Origin: Catajapyx aquilonaris
Lineage: Eukaryota
Reading direction: 5' to 3'
Assembly (NCBI GenBank): GCA_000934665.2
Contig: JYFJ02003751.1
Coordinates: 1-37,981, forward strand
Length of the DNA stretch: 37,981 nt
Below the pieces are notes generated by a model. It did no database searches. It had not been told where the DNA came from and saw only the letters and a program-made list of their open reading frames with translations. Positions 1-12,131 of the stretch are shown in pieces. Positions within the stretch are counted from its first letter, which is position 1. Every line of letters begins with the position of its first letter. Made by a program: the position numbers and the translations under genes.

Positions 1-399
1 CCAAAAACCTAATATTAGGGCCTTTCAGGTCAAAGGTCAGGCTGCAACACACCATTGGAAATGCCCTAAAAAGTGTGCTGATTAATTTGCATGTGCTAGT
101 GATTTTATTGGACCTATAGTTTAAATTGTAGACTTAAATATTTGGAGGGGTGATAGGTTTGAGAATGGAACTCCCTGATATAAGACAAATGTAGGGACTA
201 TGGGGTGAGTAGGGTGGGGGCTGGCGGGATGGACAACACAAGCGAAGCCACTTGATCATTTAATGGACTTTTTATTTCTTTGACTTTCTTCTTCGAAAAA
301 AGTGACCGCCACACAGTAGGACCAAATCGGGGGGGGGGGAAAAAATCGGATATATTCCTAAATCGGCTAACAATATGACGTAAAAGTGACGAAAGTTGG

Positions 400-605
400 T
401 TCTCAGCAGAGATAGTTTTTGTCGCGGAATTCAAATATGTTGCTAAAACTGCAAAAGTCAAAATGGCAGATCCAATATGGCGGGCGTGGGACCCTGAAAC
501 CGCTCAGTACTTTGAACATCTTGGGATTGGGAGGGTTTCTGGCTCCTGAATTCAAATATGCTGATAAAAATTGGCAATGCAAAATGGCGAATCCAATATG
601 GTCAA
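400..605. repeat. Two diverged direct-repeat units, probably internal repeats of a non-autonomous transposon
   Basis: GAATTCAAATATG...CAAAATGGC(A/G)(G/A)ATCCAATATGG occurs at about 428-480 and again at about 548-601. Confidence 0.6.
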
Positions 606-636
606 CTAAGTAAAAGTGGACCCAAAATTTAAACAG

Positions 637-945
637 TGCCAGATAAATTTTTAATGTAAAAATGGAAAGTTACTAGACAGTGGGATTCAATCCCCCAGCC
701 TTCTAAGCAGTAACCCAGCGTCTTACCACTAGACCAGCTGTGCACAACGGATGAGATTTGCAGGATAGGTCTAGCCTCTTTACTACTATTGAAGCAGCAG
801 AGGAACTAAACCTACCCCACCATACTTATCAGTTGTAGCTACCTGGTCTAGCGGTAGCTGGTTTAGTGCCTCGAAGGTCGGAGGATCACATCCCACTCTC
901 TAGTAGGCCCTAACTTTCAATTTTTAGATAAAAAAATTGTCCGGC
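637..945. repeat. Diverged inverted repeat whose arms contain tRNA-like (SINE-like) sequence
   Basis: About 637-757 aligns by eye with the reverse complement of about 825-945. Each arm has an A-box-like TGGTCTAG(T/C)GGTA and a degenerate B-box/3' end ending ATCCCACT. Confidence 0.6.
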
Positions 946-1329
946 AAATTTTTCAAAGACATTATCTTAGAAAAAATTTTATGTCGCCTTACTATCTACT
1001 ATTGGTTCATCATTTTTCTAGTAACAAAATACTTGACAATAAAATAACTGACATATTATCCTGATGCAGACACTGCATTTTTATTCTCATCATTCACAAC
1101 CATGGTTAGGTACATCAAAACTAATCAATCCCATTCACCTCAGTAGGTGATATATTGTGCAAAAGTATTGTAATTAAAATTAAATGCTTTTTTGTTCTGC
1201 AAATGCTGTTTATGACTATTATACATAAGGTGGAGATAATATTTCATTGAAACGTTTTGGTGGTGCTGTGCACCCTGTCCCAGACAACTGCTTACAATAA
1301 ACAACTGTCATCAATTGGGTCGGCAAAGG

Positions 1330-1420
1330 GATTTTTTTCATGGATCTGGCTTTGGGTGCTTCCACACATGCCATACTCCACCGGCCTCGTCCCGAGTGAC
1401 TTTTACCTGTTTGCAAGTCA
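1330..1420 (+). mobile_element. Mariner transposase remnant (C-terminal catalytic region)
   Basis: Translates to WVLPHMPYSTGLVPSDFYLF, a degenerate match to the mariner motif WEVLPHPPYSPDLAPSDY/FHLF. No intact ORF. Confidence 0.7.
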
Positions 1421-2047
1421 CGAAAAAAGTACTTCAAGTCTTCGACGACATGTTTGAGAGGGTGCGCTGCACCACCATACAATGGTTCCTGGATGGCCTG
1501 GAGAGTTTGGCACACCCATGACTCCTGTGTATTCGTCTCCAAGAGGATTCTCTCTATTATCTATGACTATCTGCCAAACTTCATGGGCCCTGTATTTTTG
1601 GCAAAAAAATATTTTGCAAATCATTTTGGAACTGCACTTGTATGTAGCCTATACATAGCATACATAGCTATACATAGTCCTTCTTTTTGGAAATGGCCAC
1701 CCTAATTCCAGTGCATAATATGAAAAACAACTTTTCAAAGGATGTCAACATCAGCAAGCATAACAGACACATGTACTTTGTTTAGAAACGTCCTTTTATT
1801 ATACGTGTCATTTTTTATTCATGGAGATAAGGTCGACATACCTGGTTCACATTTTGGTATAAAATGTTAAAACCACATCAGAATACAACAGTAGTACACC
1901 TGATTCAAACCGTTCCAGCAACAGTAACTGACAGCATCTTCCTGAATCAATCCACACATCTCTCTGCCCAACACACAGATGGAAAATTTGAAGGGATTCA
2001 TTTGTTGACTCAAAATCTTTTCAATCCACTCAATTCTACACTTTCCT

Positions 2048-3532
2048 TTAGCTCTCAGCAACACAGATAGATACAATGTGCCTTCCAGGCACCATTGCCA
2101 AGCCCAACACCCGAGGCTCTTCCACTCCCTTCCCATTGTTGTTAGCACTTGCCTCCTGGGTCTCATCAGGCTTCAGGTACTCATTGCACGAACCCAGAAT
2201 AACATTGGCATCCCTATCTGTGCAGAGGAACACTCCAATCAGGATGCGTCCATCTGTCATCTCCACCTTCGTCAGAATAAAGTTACAGTACAGTATCATG
2301 CACATACAAAATCAACTCTAAAATTATTAACCCTGTCAATAGTGGAATCATTGCATCCCGCAAAGCAAGAAAATTATTTGCAAAAAATTTCAAGGTGGTC
2401 TTATGTTGGTAAGAGTGTCCATTCATTTAAGTACAGTAGAACCCAGATTATGTCCATCACCCATGGCATGGTTGGAACATAAAAAAGGTAAGATAATCCG
2501 AGAAGCAAAGAAAACTTTCATGAAACATAACACATAAAGACATGAAATAATGTACAATATTATGGTTTTCTAAGAAATCATGAAGGATTTATCTTTTACA
2601 TACACACAGTCTACTCTTACTTTACCTAACTTAACTGAAGGCCATCAGTACTTTTAACGGACTCCCAAGGCTCCGCAGAAGAATAATTTTTAATTATCTC
2701 TCTACTTTCAATCTATTATGTATCCACTTCTGCATATGTTAACCGACACCAAGTTCAACATAGACACTGTATGATAAATAAATAATTGGCAAACGAAGTT
2801 ATTCTGTGCATGTAAAAACACAAATGACGTAAGTGGTCCATTGAAGAAGCATCTTTACTCTGCATATGTATATGCACTGTTCCTCAGGGATTTTAGTTAT
2901 GTACAAATCTGACTTACGGACATTTTCAGGAACGTAACCCCGTTCATAGACCGCGCGGGGGCTTCCTGTATTTACAATTTAACCAAGGCAATACACCACA
3001 AATGCATAGTATATTGCAGTATTGGATGAGAAAACAGATTTATTGCTGGAGCAGGACTGTCGGATATGCAGAGTAGTCGAATAATCTGAGGTTGGATAAT
3101 CTGGGTTCGACTGCAACGGGAAAACTTTTGTGCAAATATTGGGCCAGTCCTGGTACAGTTTGGTGCCCTGTAAATGATCCCACAAAGTTCTGTGACCGCT
3201 CATCTTATCCACTTTCACTTTACTGACAGACAAAAACTTGTAACTACAACTGGGATCAAATCAGTTTGGAAGCGTGTCATGCTCTGTCTGAAGCGATGAT
3301 TATTCTGCCCATCCCTCACCTTCATGCTCCTGTTGAGCCATCCCCAGAGTTTCTGCCGACCCGGTGTGAGGTCACTGGGCTGCCTCCTCCGCTGGGTCAA
3401 CTGCTGGCCTGAAGGGTGGTGTCCGTTGCTGCTGCTGCCCTGCTCTTCCTCCTCCTCGTCCTCCTCCTCCTGCGTCGGGGAGTCGTCCGGTGCGGATTCG
3501 TCTGACATGTCCGACGCAGATCTCTCCGGCAT
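2048..3532 (-). CDS. NAA38: N-alpha-acetyltransferase 38, NatC auxiliary subunit (LSm domain); exons 3532-3320 and 2266-2048
   Basis: Spliced product reads ...[44 protein letters not shown]...[19 protein letters not shown], typical of LSMD1. Phase-0 GT-AG intron. The start could be ATG 3532 or 3508. Confidence 0.9.
2434..3113. mobile_element. pogo/Tc1-mariner-type non-autonomous element in the NAA38 intron
   Basis: 18-bp TIRs: CAGTAGAACCCAGATTAT (2434) and ATAATCTGGGTTCGACTG (ends 3113), one mismatch; left end preceded by TA. Confidence 0.55.
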
Positions 3533-4573
3533 CGGAGGGAACGGGCAGCTCCTGCGGGGGAGGGCCAAAAAACACTAGAGAAAACCTGCAGTATGATTTC
3601 GACTCGATCAGACGGCCATCTTCGGACTGGCGCGTTCAGATTCTCCCTCGTGGGGCACTATCGGGGTAGAAACTGAACGCACCACCCAGTGACGTCAAGG
3701 AGATGGCCATGTGCTGGTGAGGTGACCACTTCTGAAGCCTTTGGAGCCCAATTTTATGGCAAGTTTTTGACTCTGTGCACGCCAATATTAGCGGGGGAAA
3801 TGCATGAGCACAATAAGGTTCACAATGGCTAGAAATCCTGCATTGCTATTCACATGTCAGTGCAAGCGCATATTGCGTACCGTTGCGTACACTTATTTGG
3901 TGCAGCCTACCTTGCAGGAACAAGTCTTGCTTGGATTGCGCCCATTGTTAAAGAGGTACTGTAGTCAAGGATTTCAGTGGTTGATTGACTGGTACCACAG
4001 CAACTGACAGAAGCCTCCATTGCGGCAAGTTGCAATGTTATGTAACGACCGAACAAACAACTGCAATAGGATTAGACCCCGTATTATTAAGCCGATTCAC
4101 ATTGGTCTCTTGTTACTGGGTCGTTGTGTGAATATGCATTTCATTTTAAGCCCTCAACAATTCCACATTGTTATTGACAAAGTATGAAAGGAGCAGGTTG
4201 TGCATTCATGACGACACTCGAAAAATGAACTTATCACAATGCCATAAGTCTCGTATCACGCATGCCTTTATTTGCCTAAGTTATGCATTGGAACATATTT
4301 ATGCAACACCAGCAAGTCTTGTTGAAGGTAGTAACGTAGGCAACCACCAACATTCACGAACTGGAATATGAGCTGACGAGAACTTACCTTCACTACACCA
4401 AGTCCAGTTCATGCTTGTGCCCAAGTGCCCTATAATGTAACTAGAGTGAAGAAAGAAGGCAAGATAAATGTAAACTAAAGTTTTATTTTGCACAAAAATA
4501 AATACAACATCGCACTGTGCCCAGTCCATAATACTCTTGTGGTAGGGTAAAAAATGTTTTGCAAGGGTCCACT

Positions 4574-6590
4574 TTAGTCAACTTCCTCCACAGTTGGCCC
4601 CTTTCCACTTGGGTACCCCCCACTGTAGGGTGTTCCTCCAGGGACGTCGCCCTGTCCAGCATCAGCACCAGGCCCAGAACCAGCTCCGTACAGTTTGCTC
4701 ATGATTGGCTGGCAGATCTGCTGCACCTCCTTCATGCGGTCCTCTAGCTCATCCTTCTCGGCCAGGTTGTTGCTGTCCAACCACTTGATGGTCTCTTCAC
4801 ATTTGTCCATCACAGGCTTCTTCTCGTCATCGGACAGCTTCTTGTCCTCCTCCAGGGCCGACTTCACTCCAAACAGGTATGACTCCAGCTTGTTGCGAAC
4901 CTCGATCTTCTCCCTCTGCTTGTCATCCTCAGCCTTGTACTTCTCAGCATCAGCCAGCATGCGATCAATCTCTTCCTTGGACAGGCGACCCTTGTCATTG
5001 CTGATGGTGATGGCATGAGACTTGCCAGAGCTCTCCTCCTTGGCGCTGACGTTCATTATCCCGTTAGCGTCCACGTCAAAAGTGACTTCAATCTTTGGGA
5101 CACCACGTGGAGCTGGTGGGATTCCAGACAGGTCAAATTTGCCCATAAGATTATTGTCTCTCGTCATGGCCCTCTCGCCCTCGTACACCTGGATGGATAC
5201 AGCGGACTGATTGTCGCTGTAGGTGGTGAATGTCTGTGAGTGCTTGCATGGGATGCGGGTGTTTCTCGGGATGATCTTGGTCATGATACCTCCAGCTGTC
5301 TCAATCCCGAGGCTCAGTGGTGTCACATCCACCAGCAGGACGTCCTGGATCTGCTCAGACTTCTCTCCAGACAGGATGGCAGCCTGTACTGCTGCTCCAT
5401 ATGCCACTGCCTCGTCTGGGTTGATGCTCTTGTTCAGCTCCTTGCCATGGAAGAAGTCCTGCAGGAGCTTCTGGACCTTTGGTATGCGAGTGGACCCACC
5501 AACCAGCACCACATCGTGTATCTGTCCCTTGTCCAGCTTGGCATCGTTGAGGGCTCTCTCCACTGGGGTCATGGTGGACCGGAACAGGTCACCACACAGC
5601 TCTTCGAAACGTGCCCTGGAGATCTTGCTGTAGTAGTCAATGCCCTCGTGCAAGGCGTCCACTTCGATGGTGGCCTCGCTGCTGGAGCTAAGGGTACGCT
5701 TGGCCCTCTCACAGGCTGTGCGCAGCCTCCTGAGTGCCCTTTTGTTCACACTCAGGTCCTTCTTGTACTTCCTCTTGAACTCCTCCAGGAAGTGGCTCAC
5801 CATCCTGTTGTCAAAGTCCTCACCCCCAAGATGTGTGTCACCTGCAGTTGATCGCACCTCAAAGAGCGAGCCTTCATCCACCGTCAGTACGGACACATCA
5901 AAGGTTCCTCCGCCCAGGTCGAAGATGAGGACGTTTCTCTCGCCCTTCAGGTTCTGGTCCAGCCCATAGGCAAGGGCTGCGGCTGTAGGCTCATTGATGA
6001 TGCGGAGGACGTTCAGCCCAGCGATGATCCCTGCATCTTTGGTGGCCTGACGTTGCGAGTCATTAAAGTAGGCTGGGACTGTGACGACTGCATCGGTGAC
6101 TTTCTGACCCAGGAAGGCTTCTGCCGTCTCCTTCATCTTGACCAGCACCATGGAGCTGATTTCCTCTGGACTCAACCGCTTCCTCTCCCCCTTGAACTCC
6201 ACATCCACCATTGGCTTGTTGTTCTCACCACCCAACACCTTGAACGGCCAATGCTTCATGTCGTCCTGGATCTTGGGGTCATCATAGCGGCGGCCTATGA
6301 GTCTCTTTGCATCAAATACCGTGTTGCTCGGGTTCATAGCCACCTGATAATGAGACATGGAATGTTAGGTGTGCTCATGGCGTCATGCTAACCATATGCT
6401 AGTCGAGTCTTACCTGATTCTTAGCTGCGTCTCCCACCAGCCTCTCTGTGTCCGTGAATGCGACGTACGAAGGGGTGGTCCTGTTCCCCTGGTCGTTTGC
6501 GATGATCTCGACCTTCCCATGCTGCCACACTCCAACACACGAGTAGGTCGTCCCCAAGTCTATCCCAATAGCCGGCGCCTTTCCCACCAT
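4574..6590 (-). CDS. Hsp70: Cytosolic heat shock protein 70, likely inducible type; exons 6590-6414 and 6343-4574, about 648 aa
   Basis: Signatures [20 protein letters not shown] and [13 protein letters not shown]-terminal GPTVEEVD; 70-bp phase-0 intron at AAKNQ|VAMN; upstream HSEs; AATAAA on - at 4482-4487. Confidence 0.97.
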
Positions 6591-6742
6591 CTTTATGTAT
6601 GTTGCACTGTTCTCTCTCACACAAAAAGTTCCACACTACTAAACTCTGTTGTCGCTCGGAATAAACTTTCCGTCGCCTAGGAACTAGTCGTTCTCTCGCT
6701 TGGTTCAAGCTCGAATTGTGCTGAGCTGTTGAGGGCGGCGCC

Positions 6743-7030
6743 GTTTTATGCTTCCCACGTTCCGGCCTCGAGATGGCTCCTGAAACGTCTGGATGATTCT
6801 AGAACACTCGTGACTCGGGCCCGTAAAAAAGAGCCAATCAGGAGGCTAGGACGGCCGGGGAAGGGGGCGGGGCTTGCAACATGCGAACATTCTAGAAATC
6901 GCGAGAAAAACGTTTCGCAGAATTTCCAATGGCGGCTGATTTCGATTTTGATCTGACTGTTGCATCAGATTTATCCCGATCAATTTTCAATGGGATGAAA
7001 TTACATTCCGGAAAATTCCGGCAGATTCCG
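6743..7030. promoter_or_regulatory. Heat-shock promoter between Hsp70 and ZPR1: three HSE arrays, TATA-like CATAAAA (-), CCAAT and GC box
   Basis: HSE1 6766-6810 is nine in-phase nGAAn/nTTCn-like pentamers. HSE2 6884-6898 is cGAAc aTTCt aGAAa (perfect). HSE3 7005-7029 is aTTCc gGAAa aTTCc gGCAg aTTCc. CATAAAA on - at 6744-6750, CCAAT about 6834, GGGGCGGGG about 6864. Confidence 0.85.
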
Positions 7031-7306
7031 GCACACGTAATCGATAGGCGACGTGGCAACACTGTAGATTGGCTTCTCCCCGGTACGACGTCATACAATT
7101 TGGCCAAAAAACACGTGTGATATTCGTGTGCAAAGTGTCCGCCAATTTTTTATATTATTTTAGCGGACTGATTACACCGGGTGCTGTCGGTCAGACCGTG
7201 CAGGTAATGTTCGGTGGTACTTGGCAGGGGGAATAGTAGTGAAGCATATGGTACGGCAAGCCACATATGTTGGGACTAATGTGTTTGCTTTTACAGGTCA
7301 CCCAAG

Positions 7307-8602
7307 ATGGCAGCGGCTGTTCCGCTCTTCCGTGATCTGTCAGCGGATGACCCGGAGACCACTGAGGTCGAGAGCATGTGCATGCAGTGCGGGGAGAACG
7401 GGACGACTCGCCTGCTGCTTACCAAAATTCCATTCTACCGAGAGGTTATTCTCACCTCATTTTCCTGCCCGCACTGCCACCATTCCGACAACCACATACA
7501 GCCAGGAGGGCCCATACAGGCACGTGGGGTTGTTATCCGGCTGAAGGTGACCGCCAAGGATGATCTGAACCGACAGGTGGTCAGGTCGGATCAGGCCTCC
7601 ATCTCCATTCCTGAACTGGATTTTGAAGCGGAGACGCATGCGGAACAAAAGGGTGAAGTGACCACGGTTGAAGGTGTGTTGGAGAGGGCCAAGGTGGGAT
7701 TGAACCAAGGGCAGGCCATAAGGCGAATTGTGGATGTGGAAGCAGCCGAGAAGATAGATCAATTTTTGGAGCGCCTGCAGGCCGCCATTGATGGGAAGCT
7801 GGAGTTTACACTTGTCATTCGGGATATTGCTGGAAACAGCTGGGTGGAAAATCCTAAAGCACCTCAGCCTGACTCGGCAATTGAAACGTCGCATTTTGCA
7901 CGCTCTGCTGAGGAGGATACGCGTCTAGGGCTGTTCCGAAACAATGGCGAGGTTGAGCCAGACGCTGGCGATGCAGACCTGCGCAATGAGGTTCTGAAAT
8001 TTGCAACCAATTGTCCGCAATGCAATGCTCCATGTGAAACCAACATGAAGCTAACTGCTATACCTCACTTCAAAGAAGTGGTCATAATGGCTACCAACTG
8101 CGACGCATGTGGACATCGAACCAATGAAGTCAAGCCAGGAGGAAGCATAGAAACAACTGGAGTGCGGATAGCACTAAAAGTGATGCACAAACGTGACTGG
8201 AATCGTGACGTGTTAGCTTCTGACACATGTCACGTGCGCATCCCTGAACTGGACTTTGAAGGTGGAGGTGGGTCTCTGGGTGGTCGCTTCACCACACTTG
8301 AAGGACTCTTGGAAACCATCAAGGACAATCTGGTGAGGGACAACCCAATGCTAGTGGGAGACGCTGTCAGCCCTAACATCCAGGAAAGGCTGGACGGTTT
8401 CGTGCACAAGATTGACCAGGCCATAGCTGGTCAAATAAGGATCACTGTTGTGCTGGATGACCCAGCTGGTAATAGCTATCTTCAAAACCTGAATTTTCCA
8501 GACAACGATCCTGAGATGGAGGTGACCCACTACGAACGCAGTCATGAGCAAAATGAGGAACTTGGACTGAATGATGTGCGTGTTGAAGGTTATCAGTTGT
8601 GA
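7307..8602 (+). CDS. ZPR1: Zinc finger protein ZPR1; single coding exon, probable 5'UTR intron 7204-7296
   Basis: Two C4 zinc fingers each followed by an A/B domain (ESMCMQCGENGTTRLLLTKIPFYREV...CPHC; TNCPQC...IPHFKEVVIMATNCDACG), plus FTTLEGLL and LDDPAGNSYLQN motifs. Confidence 0.96.
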   Translation: MAAAVPLFRDLSADDPETTEVESMCMQCGENGTTRLLLTKIPFYREVILTSFSCPHCHHSDNHIQPGGPIQARGVVIRLKVTAKDDLNRQVVRSDQASISIPELDFEAETHAEQKGEVTTVEGVLERAKVGLNQGQAIRRIVDVEAAEKIDQFLERLQAAIDGKLEFTLVIRDIAGNSWVENPKAPQPDSAIETSHFARSAEEDTRLGLFRNNGEVEPDAGDADLRNEVLKFATNCPQCNAPCETNMKLTAIPHFKEVVIMATNCDACGHRTNEVKPGGSIETTGVRIALKVMHKRDWNRDVLASDTCHVRIPELDFEGGGGSLGGRFTTLEGLLETIKDNLVRDNPMLVGDAVSPNIQERLDGFVHKIDQAIAGQIRITVVLDDPAGNSYLQNLNFPDNDPEMEVTHYERSHEQNEELGLNDVRVEGYQL

Positions 8603-9388
8603 CTTTCAGGCATATTATACACACCAGGCCAGTAAAAAAAATTATCTGAAATTCAAATGTGACTTGACCAACATTACTGTGGATATAACGCACAGGAAGT
8701 TGCATTGTGAAAATAAATGCATGAAGTGGTACCTCATGTTTCTATTCTACATTGGAAAATATATTTCAGGCATATCAGGCCTTATTAACCTACTGCGAGA
8801 CCACTACAGTACGTATGCAATCATGCCAGACTATGTACCATCTTCATAAGGTAGGTCAATGCATGTTTGCACAAAGAAAAGGGAAGTTGGATTTTAAATT
8901 CCATCATCTTTATTCTGCATAATTATGTCAATCCAATAGGAATGTTGACTCAAACTATGCATGATCCACAAGTCTGAATATTGTGTTTAGTACCTATTCT
9001 TGGCCAAGTTCAAGAGCTTTCACATGGCTGGAAGCCCTATCTAAAAACAAAAAGGGCAAAATGTTCAACATGCTCACAACATAATTGGGAATTACACGAG
9101 GAAGTCATTCTTCCTCGCCCTCACATATTTGCCAACAGATCTCATGATGCATCTATAATAAAAATAATGATGCTGGTCTCCATCCTAGCTTCCATCACTT
9201 ACAAGCATGATTTAAGTGAGACTACTTTTTATACCTCACAGAGGTGAGCTTAACATCTGGGAGAGAATGAGGGCTCTAAACTACTCTAACGTGAAATCCC
9301 CCTCCTCTCCCAGTTCTTGTACAGTACAATCAGAGTATTTCTGGCCGAGTTGCACAAGGGGAATGTTCAGGTACAGTGTTAAGACATA

Positions 9389-9529
9389 AATCGAGGCATA
9401 CTGCTAGCGACATTTTCCGAAGAGGCAGAAGAAGGAATCTTGCTCGCCCGGCTTGCAGTATCCTTATCTTCGATTCCTTCTTCTGCCGATTCGGAGTCGC
9501 TAGCCACCAGTGCCTCGAATGCCTCGATT
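9389..9529. repeat. Foldback/MITE-like hairpin between the ZPR1 and DDB2 3' ends
   Basis: Nested inverted segments AATCGAGGCAT/ATGCCTCGATT, GCTAGCGAC/GTCGCTAGC and GGCAGAAGAAGGAATC/GATTCCTTCTTCTGCC. Confidence 0.75.
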
Positions 9530-10234
9530 AATGTCCAACACTGTACAGACAAGTGTCGACTCTTTTTATTGAACTAACAATTATTAACAAAGGTAGACCC
9601 ATTCCTGTACCTGAATCTTGTGCTAGTGCAACTGGGCCTATGCCTGCATTGCTTAAAACTGTGGTAATTGGGGACTGTGGCAGTACAAGTAGCCCTGTTT
9701 CATAATGTAGCATATTAATTACCTTTCCTTCAGGATTAACATGCATTAACACATTCCTGCAATTTTCACGAGTCCAAACACTCAATACATCTTTTGTTAT
9801 TCCTGGTGCATTAATGATTTAGTCTTGTTTTGGCAAAATTTCATTTTCTGACCACGTTTTGCTGGATCGTAGCCCCATCGTAAAATGGGGACTCCTGTAT
9901 AGTCCTAGGCAAATGTCCTCGGCCCTATGGAATGTCTAGATTGCCAGCTAGGAGGTCAATAATAATCAGAAATGTTGAATCAGAAATTTGCACTGAATGC
10001 ACGCTAACATCAACAATATGACGGATGAACACTTACTCCAGTCACACATGAATGAAGTAAGTGCTCATCCATCCTATTGTTGGAAATGTCTGCTTACCAC
10101 AGTCCTTACCATAGTGTCTTGGAGTGCTTGCTTTTAAAAAACCAACACCGTGAAGCCAGAGAATACAGTTACATGACCTCTTACCACTTGACACTTTTTG
10201 CTCCTGCATTTCAAAGATGTGACACTGGGAAATC

Positions 10235-12131
10235 TCAACATGACTTACAGTCAACTTTCAGTAACTCTGCACGTTTCTGCTTAGCAGACTTCTTCTTGGC
10301 CTTAGGAACTACTTCCTGATCCTCTTCATCATCATCTGACGACATGAGCTGGGAGCCCTCTCTCACTTTTCTTTCCAGTACCCTGCCCTCCTTCCATATC
10401 AGCACGGTATAGCCCATGGCACTACCCATGGCAGTTCCTGACTGGTTGAACTTGTTGAGGCTCACAATGCCATTCTTTGCATGATGGAGCTGTGTGACCA
10501 TCTCTCCTGTTCCAGCATTAAAGATGTCGACTGTCCTGCACTCACTCGAGTCATACCCTGGCATTTTGGGATTAGGGTAACGTCCAACAACTACGAGGTC
10601 AGCAGAGGGATGCCAGGCAGCACGGATGGCTGTAAGGTGCTGGAACTGACGATGGGGGTGAAACAGAGTTCTTTCCAGGACCCAGTTGGGATGACGATAG
10701 ATGTACAGGTGATTGAGCTGGTCAGTTGCCAAGAGGCGGGTGCCATCAAGCAAACTGGGGAAATCAGAGTGGAAGTGCTGTTACAATCAACATATTGATA
10801 CCCTTTTGTATCCTCATCTCACACTACCATGTGACAAATATTGGCACTTTACCTGAAGTAAGCTGAGTTAATTGGCTTGGAATGAGGTATTGTAACAAGA
10901 GGGTCTTGCATCATACGCAGGTCCCACAACTTAATAGTGCTGTCAACAGAAGCTGAGACTAGGAGTGACTGGTCTCTGGTGCTGAACTCAAGGTGGGAGA
11001 CCTTCTGCCTGTGAAGCCGTTGCACCCAGCATGCCGCACCGGAATCAGACATTAAGTGGACTTGACCACTGTTTTCACCAGCAATCACCAGCTTCTTGTG
11101 TGGCTCAAAGTCCAGGGATGTAAACCAATCTCTGAAAATCACTAACTGTAAGTGATAACACAATCCCTCTAAAGCACATCGCAACTCACCGCATATTGAC
11201 TGCTGTGTCAAAGATCTGGTAGTGATTATTTTCAAAATCCTGCTTAGCAACATATGAATCTTGAGTTGCTGTGTACACATAGGATGGATTGTTCCGGTCA
11301 AACTTCATGGCAGCAATTCCACAACCAGCATTTCCCTGTATGAAAGAAGTTGCCATTCAAATAAAAAAATGGAAAATTGATACCAAAAGAGTCGATGTTA
11401 TAATAACACCAGGTAAGATCCAGGATCATCCATCAAATAGCCCTTTGGTATGAAACTAAACTCACTTTGCAATATTACTAAAAGCAGCATAATGTAATAT
11501 ATCTACCTCACCGATTACCTCACCCTATTCAATAACTTGTCCTTCTGGCCGTCATCCACATTGTACAGCACCAAGTCACCATGCTTGGATCCATATGCCA
11601 CCAAGTTGTCGCAGAATGGATGCCAATCCATTGACAATATCCTGCAGTCAAACGGTGAGTATGTCTTCTTCACCTTGAACTGAGCCAGGCCATTCTTCAC
11701 AATCTGCGCTGCGTCTTGCTTGTAACGTTCAATCCCAATGCTGCCCTGCATGCGACGGTCCACAGCACACACGATGTTACGAACCATGCTTCTAGTGTCC
11801 CTTGGAAACTCAATCTGCGGTAGGTCTGGAGATTTTCTTGCAAAATACGGTGACCGCTTATCCTCTGCGTCAACCACCTTTCGACGCTTTGCCCTCGGTT
11901 TAATCCTTGGGGGCAGCTCAAAGTCAGAATCATACGAGTCATCCGACTCTGCCATCCTGAAATTACAATTACAGTTACTGTACAAGCCCTCTTTACTTGA
12001 GAGAAAACGTTGGCAGCCTGCTTCATCTGGCAGCAGGTATGCCATCAGATCCCGCACCTCTTGGCCTGCTCCTCCTGCTCTGCACGCTTGACCTGGCAGG
12101 CCCGCTTGATCCTCTCAAACCTCTTGGACAT
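10235..12131 (-). CDS. DDB2: DNA damage-binding protein 2 (XPE, WD40); exons 12131-12058, 11956-11524, 11335-11190, 11131-10853, 10754-10235
   Basis: WHPFCDNLVAYGSKHGD, LHRQKVSH, ASVDSTIKLWDLR and HPHRQFQHLTAIRAAWHP...VVGRYP match DDB2. All introns are GT-AG and phase-compatible. Confidence 0.93.

Noticed and set aside
667..900. Functional tRNA genes
   Set aside because: T-loop/B-box and stems are degenerate; treated as repeat-derived.
3844..4138. Possible MITE with TGCTATTCACA/TGTGAATATGCA ends
   Set aside because: TIRs are short and imperfect, with no TSD.
4695..6680. Long + strand ORFs antisense to Hsp70
   Set aside because: Well-known by-product of Hsp70 codon usage; no independent evidence.
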